DNA from: a virus
Taxonomy: Duplodnaviria; Caudoviricetes
Virus record (IMG/VR): IMGVR_UViG_3300032893_000045
Span: 1 to 61,455 of that record
Reading direction: 5' to 3' (one strand)
Length of the DNA: 61,455 nucleotides
Of the stretch, positions 26,762 to 36,614 are shown in pieces. A program made the position numbers and the translations under genes. The notes under the pieces are model-generated. The model worked only from the letters and a program-made list of their open reading frames with translations. It was not told where the DNA came from and made no database searches. How positions within the stretch are numbered: position 1 is the stretch's first letter; each line of letters starts with the position of its first letter.

Positions 26762-26940
26762 CGGTGCTTGTGGAGTTGCTGGATCTGGTCGTTCGCCTGA
26801 GTCCAGAGGTCGGAGAGCTCGGCGCGCAGGAGCCGGATGTCGTGCTTGAGTACCTGGACGTCGACGTAGGTCTGGACGAGCGCGGCGACGAGGCCCATGA
26901 CGACGGCTGGAAGAAGCCGATCGACGATCCAGCGTTTCAT
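26758..26940 (-). CDS. Small TM plus coiled-coil protein
   Basis: One hydrophobic helix; coupled. Confidence 0.55.
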   Translation of the reverse strand: MKRWIVDRLLPAVVMGLVAALVQTYVDVQVLKHDIRLLRAELSDLWTQANDQIQQLHKHR

Positions 26941-27158
26941 CGGTCCTTCAGCCGCTCGAGGGTCTCGCGGGAGACGCTCTCGGGGGGCGGCTCCCAGAGC
27001 TTCGCCAGGAACGTGAGCGCGGCGTAGGCCAGGACGGCGAGGACGACTCCTCCGAGCGGGCTTCTCCAGGCGAGCGCGCCTATCACGAGGCCAATGAAGG
27101 TCCCGTACCAGAACGAGGGGCTATTCAGATGCCGGCCGATCCGGTGCCGCAGCCGCAT
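26937..27158 (-). CDS. Small two-TM membrane protein
   Basis: Two hydrophobic segments. Confidence 0.55.
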   Translation of the reverse strand: MRLRHRIGRHLNSPSFWYGTFIGLVIGALAWRSPLGGVVLAVLAYAALTFLAKLWEPPPESVSRETLERLKDR

Positions 27159-27672
27159 TCCAACTCCTTCTCATTTCCTCGCGCTGGAGGGCGCGCTGTT
27201 TCCGCACCTTCTGGGCGCGGAGCTTGTTCCTCATGATCCGGAGCCGCACGACGAGCCATTTGATCTCACGCTCGAAGTTGGCGGGGCTGTCTTTCTTGAC
27301 TTCCGCGCGCTCGTAGTGGCGCCGGCCGCAGATGGGGCAGCAATGCGTCAGGCCGCGCTTCGTGATCGGGATGATGAGCGTGTGCTCGTAGCGCTTCTTC
27401 TGGAGGCGCAGCCGGGCGAGCGCCCGAAGCTGGCCGTGCTCCGTCGCCAGCATCATCGCCTTCTCGATCTGGGCGCGTTCCTGCGTCGTGTAGCTGCCCT
27501 TGAAGATGCCCTTGCGGGAGCGGAGCTCGAGCGCCGACTCGATCAGGCGCCGGACCGCGTCGGGGAGCGGGATCTCGATCCGCGCGACCTGGGCCTCCCG
27601 GTGCATCTGCCGGAGCAACTGGAGGTACTTCTTCCGGCCGATGCGGACGGGTTCGGGATCCTCGTCGCTCAT
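27121..27672 (-). CDS. Basic Zn-finger protein (possible transcription regulator)
   Basis: HCCPICG; Arg/Lys-rich. Confidence 0.55.
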   Translation of the reverse strand: MSDEDPEPVRIGRKKYLQLLRQMHREAQVARIEIPLPDAVRRLIESALELRSRKGIFKGSYTTQERAQIEKAMMLATEHGQLRALARLRLQKKRYEHTLIIPITKRGLTHCCPICGRRHYERAEVKKDSPANFEREIKWLVVRLRIMRNKLRAQKVRKQRALQREEMRRSWNAAAAPDRPASE

Positions 27673-27869
27673 TCGATGAAGACGCAGCGGGGGTAGTTCC
27701 GCGGAGGCTTGGGGAACTTGTCGAGCGCGACCTCCTGGAGGACGGAGGCGGAGGTCACCTCGCGCACGTCTGGGATGCCGCTCGATTCGACGACGACGGG
27801 CATGTCGCCGATCTGTTCGTCCTCGGCGATGAGGTCGATCAGCTTGTGGGCGAGCTCGCGGGTGTTCAT
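27669..27869 (-). CDS. Hypothetical protein
   Basis: ATGA coupling on both sides. Confidence 0.55.
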   Translation of the reverse strand: MNTRELAHKLIDLIAEDEQIGDMPVVVESSGIPDVREVTSASVLQEVALDKFPKPPRNYPRCVFIE

Positions 27870-28372
27870 ACGCGCTCGTTCCTGATCGGCCATTCCGAAT
27901 CGGCCGATCCCATGAAAACTCGGCCGTACTCAGCGATCAGCAGCGCGTCCACGATGCCGGAATGCGGCTTGCGGTAGCCGCCCGGGACGAGCGCGAGCCC
28001 GGGGAAGAACATCCCGGCAGCGGTGAGCGCCCGCTGCTTCGTGTCGTCGCCGGGGATTCCAGCCAGCATGACCTTCTGCCAGGTCTTCGGGTAGACCGCG
28101 TGGCAGGGGATCTTGGCTCCCGCGCAGACGCCCTCGATGACTCCCCCCGCGCGGCCGAAGGCGAAGTTCCTCGTGCCGAATCCCGGCATCGGCTGGAGGC
28201 GCTCGACGAACACGATCTCCGCGTGGATCAGGTTGGCCCGGATCCCTTCGAGGTCGAACTGGTCGCGCTTCTTACCGCTGATGACCGGCATCGGGACGAG
28301 CACCGGGGCGCATCCCGGCTGGAGGATGGCGATGCCGCCCTTCAGCCCCGGGTCGACTCCAGCGACGATCAC
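27866..28372 (-). CDS. RuvC-like Holliday junction resolvase
   Basis: AGVDPGLKGGIA; VFVE; FAFGR..G; V.PKTWQK; DALLIA. Confidence 0.88.
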   Translation of the reverse strand: MIVAGVDPGLKGGIAILQPGCAPVLVPMPVISGKKRDQFDLEGIRANLIHAEIVFVERLQPMPGFGTRNFAFGRAGGVIEGVCAGAKIPCHAVYPKTWQKVMLAGIPGDDTKQRALTAAGMFFPGLALVPGGYRKPHSGIVDALLIAEYGRVFMGSADSEWPIRNERV

Positions 28373-28644
28373 CGCTTCGCCTCCTTGTTCGCGATCACCG
28401 TGTAGGCGAACAGCCCGTTTCCGCAGTAGCGGCGGAGGACCTGGTGCAGGCCGAAGCGGCGCTTCCGGAGGTTCCTGAGCTGGGCTGACACGGAGGCTTC
28501 CGGAGCCCCCGTCTGGGCCGCGATGTCGGCGAGCGTGCGCTCACGGCCGTCCTTCATGAGCTCGAAGATGCGGTCGATCTGGTGGCTCAGGCGCTCGTTG
28601 TCCCGTTCTGGGACGACCTCGGCTCCGTCGAAGTGGGGGATCAT
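28369..28644 (-). CDS. Winged HTH protein
   Basis: TLADIAAQTGAPEASVSAQLRNLRK. Confidence 0.75.
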   Translation of the reverse strand: MIPHFDGAEVVPERDNERLSHQIDRIFELMKDGRERTLADIAAQTGAPEASVSAQLRNLRKRRFGLHQVLRRYCGNGLFAYTVIANKEAKR

Positions 28645-29117
28645 GCGGGCTCCTTTCCTGCCTTGAGATCCTGCGCTTTCTGGGCGATCCGCCGGATGTA
28701 GGCGGTGAATCCCTCGCCGGGCCGGGCCGGGCCCTCAAGCCGGACGGCCTCCTCGTACTCCGGATCCGGAGGCGGCAGGCCGCTCAGGACGCCCTTCGCC
28801 TCTGCCTCGCCGAGGACCTCCTCGAGCGGACGTCCGCCGACCACCGGAGTGCCCTCCGGAAGGCTGATCTGGGACGCCTCGCGCTCGGCCGGCGTCTCGT
28901 CCGACAGCCCGGCCCACTGGCGCAGCATCCCCGGCAGCGGCATCTCGCCGGGCTTCCGCCAGTTCGTCAGCGCGTACTGGACGAGGACCTCGAAGCGGCT
29001 GTCGGTGAGGGTCGCCAGCGCCGCCTGGTAGACGCGCCGCTCCGGGGCGGTGAGCGCCCGGCCGAGGAAGAGCTGCTCCATGCGGGCCATGCCGAGGGCG
29101 AACGCCTCCGGGCTCAT
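28641..29117 (-). CDS. Replication accessory protein (helicase loader/inhibitor-like)
   Basis: Downstream of the initiator; F..GM..M..Y..L..L..W..MP pattern. Confidence 0.5.
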   Translation of the reverse strand: MSPEAFALGMARMEQLFLGRALTAPERRVYQAALATLTDSRFEVLVQYALTNWRKPGEMPLPGMLRQWAGLSDETPAEREASQISLPEGTPVVGGRPLEEVLGEAEAKGVLSGLPPPDPEYEEAVRLEGPARPGEGFTAYIRRIAQKAQDLKAGKEPA

Positions 29118-30010
29118 CGCGGAAACTCCCGGACCCGCAGATCCTCGGGCCACTCGGACGGGTCGCCGCCCTTTGGATGCTGGAGTCGGAGACGGGACCA
29201 TTCAACTGGCGTCCCGCTTTCCCGGAGCACGGCCCATTCTGTCCAGTCGGCGATCGGACGCGCCCCGAGCTGCTTCACAAAGCACGCCACGCCCGCCTCG
29301 CGGCACTGGCAGACGACGGAGCGAATCCAGGCCACATCGCAGGGGCGCGCTCCAGGACCGCTCTCGCCGCCGACGATCACCCAGTCGACCGCGTTCGAGC
29401 CATCCTTATTGCAGCGCGGTCCGCTTGGTTCTCCATGCTTGTCGTAGACGGAGAATGCAGCCTCAAGGTCAACCGTCCCCAGCGCCGGCTCGTACGAGAC
29501 GAAGCGCTTGGCCGCCGGCGTCTGGAGCAGGAGCGGCGTCCGTTCATCCGCCGTCTTCTGGTTCTCCACGCTGACGCCGAGCCAGACGTTCGGCGGCACT
29601 GTGTCGCTATGCTTGCGGCTGCGGTTGAGGCAGAACTCTCGCATCCGCTCCGGGCGCTTCGTGAGCACCTGAAAGGTGTGACGCTCAGCCAGAACCATGA
29701 TCCTGAAGACGCTCTCGACAGCATCGAACGGCAGCGCTTCGTGAAACAGGTCCGACATGCTATTGACAAACACTCGCCGCGGCTTGCGCCAGCGAAGAGG
29801 GGCATCAAGGCGATCTGACCGCAGATCAACTCGTCCGGTCCAACGCGGACCGCTCGGCGTCATGCGAGCGAGCGGCTCACCCGGCCAGAGGGCGCGCGTC
29901 GCCATCCGCGCGGCATAACAGTTCAGGCAGCCGCCGGTTTCGCTGCCGCGGGCCATGCTGCACCCGACGACGGGGTTCCAGGTGGCGTCCGTCCACTCGA
30001 TCGCGCTCAT
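29114..30010 (-). CDS. DUF5131 (phage Gp37/Gp68 family) protein
   Basis: IEWTDATWNPVVGC..GCLNCYA; VFVNSMSDLFH; FQVLTKRPER; NVWLGVSVE; WVIVGGESG. Confidence 0.92.
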   Translation of the reverse strand: MSAIEWTDATWNPVVGCSMARGSETGGCLNCYAARMATRALWPGEPLARMTPSGPRWTGRVDLRSDRLDAPLRWRKPRRVFVNSMSDLFHEALPFDAVESVFRIMVLAERHTFQVLTKRPERMREFCLNRSRKHSDTVPPNVWLGVSVENQKTADERTPLLLQTPAAKRFVSYEPALGTVDLEAAFSVYDKHGEPSGPRCNKDGSNAVDWVIVGGESGPGARPCDVAWIRSVVCQCREAGVACFVKQLGARPIADWTEWAVLRESGTPVEWSRLRLQHPKGGDPSEWPEDLRVREFPR

Positions 30011-30789
30011 CCCCGCCTCCTGGCCAGGGACGGTACCACCGGCTCGAAGTCACCGGCCTGCGCCTGCCGGTCGATGGAATTGGCGATGTCGAGCGTGTGC
30101 TGGTCGACGTCCGGCTCCGACGCGAGGTGCGAGCGCCAGCGCTTCGCCCACGCTGTCGGGCTGGCGTAGCGCGGCTCCGTGAACCGCAGGTAGCGGGTCA
30201 GCGACTCGCGAACCTCGTCGAACGGGGCGCCATTCCGGCGCATCCGGCCCAGAACGCCTGCGAGCTGCCCTCCGATGATGGAGCCGGAGCCCTCGCCAAA
30301 CCGTTGATCCCACAGCCCTATCGCCCATTTCCCGGGATCCCTGGGCCATCCGTCTTCCATCAGCATTCCGTCAGCATCCCGTGAGGAATGCCCGACGACA
30401 GCGGGCAGCAGGCTCGCCTGATGGGGCTTGCGCCAGCGGGTGAGGCTGGCGTTTCGCGCCTGGTCCGTGGCCGCTTCAGCCCGCGCCTTCTCTTCGGCGG
30501 CCGCCCGGGTCGCGAACGGGAAGTAGACGACTCCCCCGCCTCGGACGAGCCAGCCCTCGGCGACCCAGAGGTCGAGGGCCCGCGTGATGAGCGCGGGCTG
30601 TAGGCCGGTGGCGGCGGCGATGCGCTCCGGGTCGTCTGGGAAGGAGCCCCGGCTGTCTCCGGGCTGAGTCCAGGACGCGCAGATCATGAGCATCAGGGCG
30701 CCGAGCGCCTCGAAGTCCTGCCGTAGGATGGCGACGCGGACGCCCGCGTTGGACAGGAAGTCCGCCGCCGGGAACGGGATCGGGGTCAT
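30007..30789 (-). CDS. Putative replication initiator (DUF1376/YdaU-like N-terminus)
   Basis: PF..ADFL..GA.M.MI..SW..G.FPDD..IA; position in the replication module. Confidence 0.6.
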   Translation of the reverse strand: MTPIPFPAADFLSNAGVRVAILRQDFEALGALMLMICASWTQPGDSRGSFPDDPERIAAATGLQPALITRALDLWVAEGWLVRGGGVVYFPFATRAAAEEKARAEAATDQARNASLTRWRKPHQASLLPAVVGHSSRDADGMLMEDGWPRDPGKWAIGLWDQRFGEGSGSIIGGQLAGVLGRMRRNGAPFDEVRESLTRYLRFTEPRYASPTAWAKRWRSHLASEPDVDQHTLDIANSIDRQAQAGDFEPVVPSLARRRG

Positions 30790-30895
30790 CCGCGCCTCCA
30801 GCACGCGCCGGGAGCCCGTATCTCCCCCCGGGACACGGAGAGCGACGGACAGGGACGTCGCCTCCCGGCGCGTGCTCGAGACCGGATGGCCGGCA

Positions 30896-31867
30896 TCAGC
30901 GTGCGACCTCCTGGGTGGTGGCGAACAGCGGCCCGGCGATGCGCTTGCGGGCCATCTGGACATAGCCGGGGTTCAGCTCCACGCCGACGAAGCGCCGGCC
31001 GTGCCGCAGCGCCACGACGCCGACCGTCCCGCTGCCAGCGAAGGGGTCGAGCACCGTGTCGCCCGGCGCCGAGCCTGCGAGGATGCACGGCTCGACCAGC
31101 GCCTCCGGCATCACAGCGAAGTGCGCCTCGGGGAAGGGCTGCGTTGCCACCGTCCAGACGGAGCGGCGGTTGCGGGTTTTCGGCGGAGGCTCTGAGAAGT
31201 ACCGCCCATTGAATCCCTTGTGCCGGCGGCCGTGTCCGTCTTGCTTCGTCTGCCCCGGCACATCGGTCCGGGGCGGGCCCGTCACGTCGTGCCATGTCCG
31301 TCCATCGGTCGGCTCAGCCACCGCCGTGGCCTCGTAGAAGTACCGCTCGCTCTTGGCGAGCAGGAACAGGTACTCATGCGCCTTCGTCGGCCGGTCCGTC
31401 ACCGACTCCGGCATCGGGTTCGGCTTCGCCCAGATGATGTCGGCGCGCAGCCACCACCCGTCCGCCTGGAGTGCGAAGGCCACACGCCACGGAATGCCGA
31501 CCAGGTCCTTCGGCTTGGGGCCGGGGCCAATGCCCCACCTCCTGTTCTCCATCACCGTCCCGGCGTTCGATTGCTGTTTGCCGTTCCCACCTGCGCCTTT
31601 GGTACTCATTGAGTACGAGTCGCCGAGGTTGAGCCACAGCGTCCCGTCGTCGGCCAGCACGCGCCGCACCTCGGCGAACACAGCCACCAGCCGAGAGACG
31701 TACTCCTCGGGCGTGCGCTCCAGGCCGATCTGCCCCGCGGCGCCGTAGTCGCGCAGCCCCCAATACGGCGGAGACGTGACGCAGCAGCGAACAGAACCGG
31801 CATCGAGCTGGCGCAGCCCGTCCAGCACGTCCGCGTTGATGAGGCGGAAGCTCACGCGATCCCCCAC
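30896..31867 (-). CDS. Beta-class N4-cytosine/N6-adenine DNA methyltransferase
   Basis: VTSPPYW catalytic motif precedes VLDPFAGSGT. The true start may be the GTG at 31855. Confidence 0.93.
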   Translation of the reverse strand: MGDRVSFRLINADVLDGLRQLDAGSVRCCVTSPPYWGLRDYGAAGQIGLERTPEEYVSRLVAVFAEVRRVLADDGTLWLNLGDSYSMSTKGAGGNGKQQSNAGTVMENRRWGIGPGPKPKDLVGIPWRVAFALQADGWWLRADIIWAKPNPMPESVTDRPTKAHEYLFLLAKSERYFYEATAVAEPTDGRTWHDVTGPPRTDVPGQTKQDGHGRRHKGFNGRYFSEPPPKTRNRRSVWTVATQPFPEAHFAVMPEALVEPCILAGSAPGDTVLDPFAGSGTVGVVALRHGRRFVGVELNPGYVQMARKRIAGPLFATTQEVAR

Positions 31868-31895
31868 ACCGTCGCCATCCGCCCGGAGCGGCGGC

Positions 31896-33431
31896 TCAAT
31901 CGAAGAGCCCTCGGGTCTGCACCTCGAGCGGCCCCTCGCTGACCCGGGCGAGGAACGCCTGGACGCCGGCCTTGTCGAGCGCCGTGACGAGCGCCTCGAA
32001 GTGCTCCTCGTCGAGCGCCTCGGCCCCGTCCACGAACACGGCCTTGAGCGGCCCCTTAGCGCGCGCGATGGCGACGGCCGCCCAGAGCTCGACCTTAGCC
32101 TGGGTGTTGAGCAGGTCGTACGGCACGTCGTTCAAGAAGATGGCGTTGCCGCGGATCTCCAGCCCCTTGATGGGCAAGTCCTTCGCCATCTGGAGCTTGA
32201 ACTCGTCGAGCGCGGCGAGCGCCTTCGTGAGTCGGTCGGACTCGAGCTTCAGATCCTCGGCCTCGCGCTCGAAGGCGAGGGCCTGCTCATAGAGCGTCCG
32301 GCCCTTCTCGGCGATCCGAACCTGCTCGCGCAGCGCCGAAAGCTCCTCGCGATGGGCAGCAAGGGTCTGACGGACCCGGTCGACCCCGGCGAGGTCTTGG
32401 TCGTAGGCTCCCTCGGCCTCCTCCTCCGCGCGTCCCGTCTCGGCGCTGGTGTTCTCCACCACGCCGTCGCGCCGCGTCTCGATGGCGTCGATCGCTGACT
32501 CCATCTCCATGCGCGCCTTCTCGATCTCCCGCTCGAGAGCGGCGCGCCGTTCGGCGGACCACGCCTCGTGGTGAGCCTTCAATTCGAGGATGGCCGCCGT
32601 CGCCCCGCTGCGTTCGCGCTGGAGGATCACTTCCGCGGCGTGCTGCGCGTCCTTGATGGCCTTGAGGCGCTTCTCCTCGGCACGCTGCTGGGCGTTGGCG
32701 ACCTCGGCTGCTAAGGTCTCGACCCTGCTCTCGACGGACAGGATCCGGGCGGAGAGGTCTTCGGGCGGCGCCGCTGGCGCGGACTGGCGCATCTGGTCGG
32801 CGCTCGACCGCTTCGCCTTCTCGTCCCGGTTCACGCCCGTGCGCGTCTCGAAGACGGCGTCGCGGATGAGGCCGATCTCCTGGAGAGGGTGCAGTCCTCC
32901 AGTCGGCGGCGGAGGGATCATGGCCTTGATCTGAGCCAGCCCCATCGCCTCGTAGAGCGCTGCACGGTCGAACTCGAGCGGGATCGCCTCGAGCAGCATC
33001 GTCGCGCGGTCGGCGTCCTTGGCCGTGAGGAACGGCACCGGGTTGGAGCCGAGACCGTCGTACAGGCTCCGGAGCCACGCCTGCGGCTTGTCCACGTCCT
33101 TGAAGCCGGCCGTGTCGCCCACGCGGGCCTTCACCTTCACGCCGTCGGCTGTCCGGCTGACACGGTAGGCTTCGGAGCCGTCCTCGGCCGCCAGCACGAG
33201 CACGACCTCCGGCTCCGTCTCCTTCTTCGTGGGGTCGATTCGGGCGAGCCTCGCGAGCGAGCCGCCGCCGAGCGTGGACTCGATCGCCTTCAGGATCGAC
33301 GACTTACCGAGCCCGTTCTTCCCGCCGATCACGTTGATCCGGCCCGGCTCGATCCCGAACTCGGAGAGGCCCAGGACATCCCGAATCTGGATGCGGACGG
33401 CGCGAAGGTGCGGCCGCTTCTTCGTGGGCAT
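31896..33431 (-). CDS. SMC/Rad50-like ATPase
   Basis: Walker A GKNGLGKSS; long coiled coil; LNTQAK signature; VFVDGAEALD Walker B. Confidence 0.85.
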   Translation of the reverse strand: MPTKKRPHLRAVRIQIRDVLGLSEFGIEPGRINVIGGKNGLGKSSILKAIESTLGGGSLARLARIDPTKKETEPEVVLVLAAEDGSEAYRVSRTADGVKVKARVGDTAGFKDVDKPQAWLRSLYDGLGSNPVPFLTAKDADRATMLLEAIPLEFDRAALYEAMGLAQIKAMIPPPPTGGLHPLQEIGLIRDAVFETRTGVNRDEKAKRSSADQMRQSAPAAPPEDLSARILSVESRVETLAAEVANAQQRAEEKRLKAIKDAQHAAEVILQRERSGATAAILELKAHHEAWSAERRAALEREIEKARMEMESAIDAIETRRDGVVENTSAETGRAEEEAEGAYDQDLAGVDRVRQTLAAHREELSALREQVRIAEKGRTLYEQALAFEREAEDLKLESDRLTKALAALDEFKLQMAKDLPIKGLEIRGNAIFLNDVPYDLLNTQAKVELWAAVAIARAKGPLKAVFVDGAEALDEEHFEALVTALDKAGVQAFLARVSEGPLEVQTRGLFD

Positions 33432-34501
33432 CAGCGCAGGTCCTTTCCAGGCCAGCCGCAGAGCTCGCAGCCTCCGAGCTCGTTGAGCCGGGTGCCGCAG
33501 CGCTCGCATTTCGTCTTGGCGGCCGGCTTCTCCGCGGCTCGGGCGGCCGGCGTGCCGGGCGGCGGCACGCCGAGAGCCTTCTCAGCGGCGGCGATCACAC
33601 GCTCTCTCGCGGGCCCCGGAGCAGGCGTAGCAGCCGGAGGTGGTAGCTGCTGCGGGGCGTCCTGCTCCGGGGCCCCCTCGGTTGTGGAGGGCGACGGTAG
33701 AGCTTCGTCGACGGACTGGGAGATCGCGGCCTCGAGGGCGGGATCGACCCTCGGGGCGCGCTCGTTCTGCTGGATCTGCTGGAGCAGCGGATCCGGGCCC
33801 TGGACTACGGGCTTCGCCTCGACCGGGACGGAGCCGCGGCGCTCCTGCTCGGCCGCGTCGGCGTCCTCGGCGATCCCTTCGGTCGGGATGCCCAGCGTCA
33901 CGTCGGAGAATCCCTCGTCCAGCACCCGACCGCGCGCCCGCGAGATGAGCATGTCCTTCAGGTAGAGGTCGTAGGTCGAGTCGTACTCCCCTCCGGAGCC
34001 GCTGCGCCGCTTCTCGAGGAGCTTCGCCGTCTTGGCGTCCTCCCAGGAGAACTCTTTGACGATGGCGCTAGGCTGGCCGACGCGCTTCGCCATGACGCAG
34101 CCCTTGAGCGTCTCGCCGCTGCCCTCGGTCCACTCCTTGTAGTCGGCCAGGAGCCCGCTCTTCCGGACGAGCCCGAGCGCGCCCTTCGTCTGGAGCGCCA
34201 CGCGCCCGGCCTTCGTCAGGTAGAGGCTGCGCCAGGCGGCCCACGGCTTGAGCCCGAGCTCGAGTCCCGCGGCCATCAGGGCGAACGCCTGAGCCCCGTT
34301 CTTGATCTGCTGGGGCAGGAGGTTGCTCCGGTAGCACGCCTCGGCGTAGGCCACGGCTTCCTTGACCGTCGGGAAGGTGACGCCGCGCTCGCTGATCGTG
34401 AGGCCCTGCGCGGTGTTGACGCGCTCCTGAACCTTCGCTTCGGCCTTCGCGAGTTCGTCCTGCGGGATGCCGACCGCCGTGATCGCCTGCTCCTCAGACA
34501 C
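33431..34501 (-). CDS. RecT-like single-strand annealing protein
   Basis: AGLELGLKP..LGLVRKSG..EFSWEDAKTAKL..YLKDML.SRA; close to the RecE-like gene. Confidence 0.8.
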   Translation of the reverse strand: MSEEQAITAVGIPQDELAKAEAKVQERVNTAQGLTISERGVTFPTVKEAVAYAEACYRSNLLPQQIKNGAQAFALMAAGLELGLKPWAAWRSLYLTKAGRVALQTKGALGLVRKSGLLADYKEWTEGSGETLKGCVMAKRVGQPSAIVKEFSWEDAKTAKLLEKRRSGSGGEYDSTYDLYLKDMLISRARGRVLDEGFSDVTLGIPTEGIAEDADAAEQERRGSVPVEAKPVVQGPDPLLQQIQQNERAPRVDPALEAAISQSVDEALPSPSTTEGAPEQDAPQQLPPPAATPAPGPARERVIAAAEKALGVPPPGTPAARAAEKPAAKTKCERCGTRLNELGGCELCGWPGKDLR

Positions 34502-34697
34502 TCGCGTGGGCCCTTTCTGTCACGGCCTGCTCGGATCCGTAGACCCGCGGCGCTCCGCATTCGACGCAGGCGTGCCAGAGCTTGTATCCGGCGACCCTGC
34601 CTCCCGGCTCGAGTTGGGGCACGCGCTCGACGAGGCGGTGCCGCGTGACCCTCGGCTGACAGCGACCCTCACAGAGAAGAAACGGCTCGTATTCCAT
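34494..34697 (-). CDS. Small Zn-binding protein
   Basis: CEGRC..CVEC; GGAGGG RBS. Confidence 0.55.
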   Translation of the reverse strand: MEYEPFLLCEGRCQPRVTRHRLVERVPQLEPGGRVAGYKLWHACVECGAPRVYGSEQAVTERAHASV

Positions 34698-34717
34698 TCG
34701 TCGCCCTCCGGTGTCCC

Positions 34718-35380
34718 CTATACGCCTAACGGATCGAGGAACGTCTTGAGGTGTCGGGATCTTCTAGGTTCGCGCAGCGCTCGAAGCGCCCGGGACTCGA
34801 TCTGTCGGACGCGCTCTCGAGAGACCCCGAGAACTTTTGCGGCTTGCTCGAGACCGTGCTCTCGTTCGCCGTCCAGTCCGAATCGCAGCGCGACCACCTG
34901 CCTGTCGCGCGGACGGAGCGTCGACAAGAGTGCCGTGACGGCGCTCCTCAACGAATCTCGGTCCAGCCGCTCGTCCAGACCCGGCTTCGCGAGAAGCCCG
35001 CGCGCCGCCGCCAGAGGGAGGAGCCGGGCGCTGTCCACCACGAACGCGAACTTGTGGCGTCGAGCCTGCTCGACCTGGGGATAGAGCGCTTCAGGAAAGA
35101 TTTCCTCCGGAAGTGCCCCGAGGAATTCTGCCAACTTCTGCGCTGAGATTCTCCAGGCGATCTCCCCATTCCGCCAGTTCTTCTTTCCGTCGCGGCACCG
35201 GAGGATCCTCTTTGGGGATATCTCGCAGTTGAGGTAGCCAAGTAGCGTCCCGTAGCTGATCCCGGCACGGCGCGCCAGTTCGGGTGTTCCCGTGCTGCGC
35301 GGATCGTCGCTCCGACGACGCCAGCACTCCTCAAAGAGACGCTGGTTCTTGAACCGGACCTCGACTCGAAGGTCGTTCAT
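34718..35380 (-). CDS. XRE-like HTH fused to sigma70 region 4
   Basis: ELARRAGISYGTLLGYLN; LRPRDRQVVALRFGLDG..LEQAAKVLGVSRERVRQIESRALRALR. No region 2 is evident. Confidence 0.8.
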   Translation of the reverse strand: MNDLRVEVRFKNQRLFEECWRRRSDDPRSTGTPELARRAGISYGTLLGYLNCEISPKRILRCRDGKKNWRNGEIAWRISAQKLAEFLGALPEEIFPEALYPQVEQARRHKFAFVVDSARLLPLAAARGLLAKPGLDERLDRDSLRSAVTALLSTLRPRDRQVVALRFGLDGEREHGLEQAAKVLGVSRERVRQIESRALRALREPRRSRHLKTFLDPLGV

Positions 35381-36288
35381 TGGGAGAGCTCGAAGACCTT
35401 GCTGCGCCACGGCGGAAGCGAGCATGTCTCGACCCCATCGTCCCAGCCGCGCCAGACGTTCGTGCGCTTGCACTCCGCGTACATCTCGAGGTGCTGGCGG
35501 TACTGCTTGCGCCCCCAGGCGAGCGCCTCCTCGTCAGGCTCGAAGCAGCGGACCCCGTGCGGAGGTTCCGTCTCGACCACGATCCAGACGAAGTGACGGT
35601 CCGACCGCGGAGACAGGGCGTCCAGCCCGTCGAGGTACATCCCGGCCTGCTCGAAGTACCCGTAGTTGTCGGCTTGGCGCTCGAAGACCCGGAGCTCGGC
35701 CGGCTCCCCGATCGTCTTCAAATCGGCTACGACCGTGACCTCGGCGCCCAGGTCGAGCCCCTCGCGCGGCAGGAGGTCGCCCCGGTTCCGCATCCCTCCG
35801 AGGCGGTCGAGCCGACCCTTGCAGAGGACCCCGGTCTGCTTGTCCGTCCAGACGACGGAGACCTCGTTCGACCCCTGGCCCCGGAGGATCTCCCGCGCCG
35901 TCGGGTGCTCGTCGATCGCGCGGCGCATCCCTCGCAGCTTGTCCATCTCGTCTTCCTGGACGGTTTTCCGCCCGGCCGCCCGCCGCTGGAAAGCATCCCA
36001 CTGGAGCTTGCCGGCGGTGGTCCGGCGGTCGAGCTTGGGGATCGGGAGGATCTCCTCTTCCAGCCGCTCCGGCTCGAGGATCGCGATGTGCGCGCACCAG
36101 CCGAACTCGAACGCCCGTGTCTGTTTCGGGGGCTCGAGGAGGGCCTGCCGGGCGTGGAGGGGCGTCTTGCTGAAGTGCCGCAGGCTCGAGTGGTTGATCG
36201 CCGGCCATGCGGCGTAGACGTCGTAGGGGACCTTGGTGTGGAGGCCGGGCCGGGGATGAGTCGCGTCTGGGGGGCCGACGCTCGTCAA
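35377..36288 (-). CDS. RecE/exonuclease VIII-like PD-(D/E)XK nuclease
   Basis: INHSSL; FG..AH.AILEP; EVS..W..CKGRLD; DLKT; Y..Q..Y; FVWIVVE. Confidence 0.88.
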   Translation of the reverse strand: MTSVGPPDATHPRPGLHTKVPYDVYAAWPAINHSSLRHFSKTPLHARQALLEPPKQTRAFEFGWCAHIAILEPERLEEEILPIPKLDRRTTAGKLQWDAFQRRAAGRKTVQEDEMDKLRGMRRAIDEHPTAREILRGQGSNEVSVVWTDKQTGVLCKGRLDRLGGMRNRGDLLPREGLDLGAEVTVVADLKTIGEPAELRVFERQADNYGYFEQAGMYLDGLDALSPRSDRHFVWIVVETEPPHGVRCFEPDEEALAWGRKQYRQHLEMYAECKRTNVWRGWDDGVETCSLPPWRSKVFELSQ

Positions 36289-36312
36289 GTTACTGATCTC
36301 CTTGTGCTTGGG

Positions 36313-36606
36313 CTACTTCCCTTCGCGGTTGCTCTGCATCTCCTTCATGCGCTTCTGGCGGAGCTTGACGCCCTTGGCGCGCCGCTTCCGCATGATCGCC
36401 GCCCGCTCGGCCGCGCTCTTTCCGTCCCAGAACGCGCGGGCGGCGTTGCGGGCCTGGACCAGCTTGGCGCTCTTTCCGACCACCTGGGCCTGCCGTCGGG
36501 CCAGAAGGGCGAACGCTTCGGACCGCTGTAGAGGAGTCGAGCCCACGGCGTTCGCGACCTTTGCCGCCGACGAGGCTTCCTCTTTGCTGACCATCACTCC
36601 TGCCAT
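36313..36606 (-). CDS. Small basic protein, first gene of the leftward operon, probably leaderless
   Basis: ATG 8 nt downstream of the -10 box; W..KSAAERAAIMRK. Confidence 0.6.
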   Translation of the reverse strand: MAGVMVSKEEASSAAKVANAVGSTPLQRSEAFALLARRQAQVVGKSAKLVQARNAARAFWDGKSAAERAAIMRKRRAKGVKLRQKRMKEMQSNREGK

Positions 36607-36614
36607 GCCGACGG

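Noticed and set aside
29114-31867. DNA hypermodification system (DUF5131 plus methyltransferase)
   Set aside because: Both genes are common in phage replication regions, and no base-modification pathway genes were seen nearby.
34718-35380. Full phage sigma factor
   Set aside because: Only region 4 is recognisable; no region 2 core-binding or -10 recognition motif.
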